A stretch of 64,000 nucleotides of DNA from Mustelus asterias (taxonomy: Eukaryota). Below the pieces are notes generated by a model. It saw nothing but the letters and a program-made list of their open reading frames with translations, was not told where the DNA came from and did not search any database. The stretch spans positions 13,702,001 to 13,766,000 of the forward strand of contig NC_135830.1 of the NCBI RefSeq assembly GCF_964213995.1. The letters run 5' to 3'. Both the position numbers and the translations under genes were made by a program. Below are positions 60,340 to 64,000 of the stretch, piece by piece (position 1 is the stretch's first letter; each line of letters starts with the position of its first letter).

Positions 60340-62320
60340 CCGTCACAAAATTGAGAACGGTATGATTTTAATTAATTGTTGTACATGTAGACTAGTCCCC
60401 TGTGATTCATGAACTACGAGATCCAGGTCTCTATGTGCCTCAGAGTTCTGCAATCTCTCTTCATTTAGATTGCCTACTTTATTTTTTATTCTTCCTGACA
60501 GTTGCACATTTGCCCACACGATATTCCATTTACTGGAGCTTCTCTCACTCACTTAATGTGTCCATTTCGCTTTATAGTCCCCTGGCTTTCTCTTTACAGT
60601 TTATTTTCTTATCTACCTTTGTGACATCAGCGAATTTAGTCCCTGCATGCAAGTAATTTATATGAGAAGAAAAAAGTTGATTCCCCAACACTGAGCTCTG
60701 TGGCACACTGCTCATCACCTCCTGCTATCCTGAAAAAGACTAATTAATTCCAATTCTCTGTGTTCTGTTAGCCAACTTCGATTCATGCTGATTTCGTACC
60801 CCGTTACTCCATGAGATTTAATTCATGTAAGAATCTTCGATATGGCACCTTATTAAAAGCCTTCTGGAAATCTAAGTCCATTATATCCCTTCATCCACAG
60901 CACATGTGACTCCTTCAAGGAACTCCAATAAATTGTTTTCATGTGATTTTCCTTTCACAAAATCATGTTGACTCTGCCTAATTACCTTGAACGGTGCCCT
61001 GCTATAACATCATTAATAATCTCTTCGACTGTTTTTCCTCCGACAGATATAATGCTAATTGTACTACGGCGTACCTCGCTATTCAAAAAAAAAGTTACAT
61101 TTGCGATCTTCCACTCCAATAGATTTTTCACCGAAACTCGAGAGTTTTGGGAACTTGAAAACAATCAACAATCTGATCAGCGACTACTTTAAGAACCTGC
61201 CACTGAGGGCCATTCAGACCCCAGAATTTGTCAGCCCATAGACCCAAAAATTTGCTCAATACCATTTGCTGCTTACACTGACTTTCCTGAGTTCTTCCCT
61301 CCCTTTCATTTCCTGATTTACAGCTATTTCTGGGATGTTACTTGTGCCCACTATAGTGAAGCCCAATGTAAATACCTGTTTTAGTAATCCGCCACAGCCC
61401 AACTATCCATTACCGATTTCCCAGATGTACTTTTTATTGGACCATCGCTCACGTTGTTAACTCTATTCTTTCCTAAATCTCGATAGAAATTCTTACTTTT
61501 CATACTTAAGTTAATGGCTAGCTGCCGCTGGTACTCCAGTGTTTTTCTCCCTTTTCTATAATTTTGCCATTCTTTTACGTGCTTTATAACTTTTCCAATC
61601 TTCTGATATGCTACTCATCTTTGCACAAGTTTGATTTTTTCTTCAATTTAATGGTGTCTTTACTTTCTAAGATGCCATCTGAGATTAGGTCCCCATCTGA
61701 ATTTTCCTTTCTAATTGGAATGTATCTGTTTTGTGTTCTGAAGTGTCTATTCAAATGTCTTTCATTGAACCTCTATTGATTTATCCTTTAAAGACATTTT
61801 ACTGTTCTCTCTCGCGAGCTCCACTTTCATGCCCCCATAGTAACCCATATTTATGTTTAAAATAATAGTCTTTTCTCCCTCAAACTAAATGCAAAATTCA
61901 ATCTTATTATTATGAACGCTGCTACCAAGCAGTGCCTTCACCAAAAGTTTCAATGAATCCCATCCCGTTGTACAATACCAAGTCTAGTATAACGTACACA
62001 CTGGTTGGCTGCAAAACGTGTAATTCTATGAAACTACCCAGAAAACATATCTATTATGTCCTCTTCTATGCTACGTTTACCCATCTGATTTTTGCTTTCA
62101 ATATGTAGATTAAAATCATCCATGATTAGTGCCGTACCATTCCGACAAGCACCCATTATCTCTTGCTTTATCATCTGTCCTACCATATAGCTGCAGTTAG
62201 GGCCCACAAGTGACTTCTTACTTTTATCATTTCTTACCTCAACCCAAACTGCTTCCATATCATGCTTTCCTGTTCTTAGGTCATTCCTCTCTAAAGTGCT
62301 AATGTCATCATTAATTGTCA
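60340..62320 (-). mobile_element. Old degenerate CR1 ORF2 fragment
   Basis: EAVWVEVRN..IMDDFNLHI (endonuclease) and WKIANVTFF remnants. Confidence 0.8.
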
Positions 62321-64000
62321 GAAACACACAACATAGAGAAAAAAAAATATTGTAGAAGTCGGGAGACATTTGGAGCACAATGGACATCGGGGGCAGTCCA
62401 TTCTTGGTTTTGACTCAATGGTCACAGTCACTACGTCGTGAGACCTGAAATAAAAATCGAAAATGCTGGATAAACTCAACAGGTCTGGAACTTTCTGTAG
62501 AGATAGACAGAATTAACCTTTAAGATATAAATGATCTGTTTATAGAACTGAGGAAAGGTAAAAAAAAACTACATAGTAAGAGATGGGGCAGAATAAAATA
62601 ACATGGATAGGTCGGCACCAAAGAAATATGGCAGTTTTATCCTGAACATAAGAGAAAGAGGAGTGTTAATGGTTCCATGGAGGGACGAAGAATGTTAATA
62701 GTTGCAAAAGGTCAGATATTGGAATGATGGAACTGAACAAACAGTGACAGGTGGTCAAATGGGTGGATGTTGTCTCTTGTGTTGGGGCAGGCCATGAGAG
62801 CGGAAAAACAACTAACAGCAATCTACAAATGTGGGGTGGGGGGGGGCGGTACAAATGTGGGGGGGGGGGGGAGCGGGGTGGTAAAATTAATAGGGATGGG
62901 GGGGAGGGGTTACTATCCATAGTTCTTGAATTCAACGTTGTATCCAGCAGCCTGTAATGTTCTGAAAGGGAATATGAAGTTTTGTTATTCAAATCATTTG
63001 GGCATCAGCAAAGCACTACAGTAGGTCTACGAAGGGCATGTGAGCATGAGGTGAATTATCTGACATGTTTCCCTGTTAATATTATACTCGGCCCTCGCTC
63101 ATTTACAGAACGATCATTTGCTCCTGAGAAGCTGGATGCTAATTAATTCTATCGACTGCATTTGTACTTCACTCTGCCCTGTCTCCGATGTACGAGGACA
63201 ATATTTATTTATATATTCCATGTATTCTATAACGCCCTGGTGCTGCTCGCATTTCATGAGGTTTTGTCTCAGTTATTATTACACCAACAATTTATATTTC
63301 TATTTAATGTCGATACTGTCTTCATTTTCACTGCACTTGGTGCTATTAGTTCTAAACCACGTCTCGGCAATTACTTGCCCCAACGATATATCAATTTATA
63401 CACAGCAGGACATGCGTCAATTGTTCCTTCACTAGAAATTCTAAATTCATTCTTGATCATTTGAAGGCACTTTCAACAGGTGTGGTTTATCAGAACAACC
63501 GAAGTGGTGTGGTGTTTCCACAGAGCGCAGTATTTGCAAGCGATGGGTTCCACCTCATACATCCCCCCATATTCGCGAATAGTTATTTCAAATAGTTGCA
63601 TCGTAAATCTGTTCAAATATTTGTACAGCAATAGAGCACTGAACACCAGAAAGTTACCAAGTAAGCCAAACACATTAACTCATCCACCAACTATAACCAC
63701 ATCATGGTGGGATGGGAAGAGATGGTTTTTCCATTAGAGATGGGACCTCAGTTCAGTATACAAAACGTGGGTTCTGATTGATGGAGATGCTAGGACATGG
63801 TGTGAGCCGAGGAGGGACGGTAAATTTGTGGACAGCAATTCACAAACATCGGCAATGCATTCATCTCCCTTACAAATGTAACAAATGAAATATATGAGAT
63901 CATCCTTTAATCTGTTTGTTCTCTGACCTGTTAATAAAGTGGATGTTGTAACTTAACTGTCCCTCTGGAGGCTCTCACCTGGTATAAAGGAGAGTGTATT

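Noticed and set aside
63500-63560. YCALWK as a sixth V segment end
   Set aside because: No upstream WYxQ or Ig framework and no credible RSS

Overview
Vertebrate genomic DNA. The CR1 (TTCTATG)n tails, HE1-like tRNA-SINEs and Penelope-type repeats point to a cartilaginous fish (shark). No intact cellular protein gene is present. Five T-cell-receptor alpha/delta-type V segments (leader, V exon, 23-bp-spacer RSS), all defective, lie at both ends (3.8-6.4 kb and 53.8-60.1 kb). They bracket about 45 kb of a segmentally duplicated, mostly decaying tRNA cluster (Pro, Glu, Leu, Gln, Val, Lys, Thr, Asn, Ser, Ile). Mobile elements include a young CR1 LINE with two intact ORFs that splits a tRNA-Asn gene, a hAT transposon with a nested piggyBac MITE, Penelope-like elements with minimal hammerhead ribozymes, and many CR1/SINE fragments. 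The most notable observations are: (1) a 333-bp poly(A)-tailed, TSD-flanked retroposon with U2 snRNA-derived heads (SINEU-like); (2) a tRNA-Leu(AAG) whose 13-nt tandem duplication mimics a canonical tRNA intron; (3) an intron-containing tRNA-Pro(TGG) family; (4) an in-frame U_UUA_AAC slippery site joining CR1 ORF1 to ORF2; (5) a SINE inserted inside an RSS spacer; (6) a Gln-derived tRNA with an amber (CUA) anticodon. All calls were made by eye, and boundaries of degenerate repeats are approximate.
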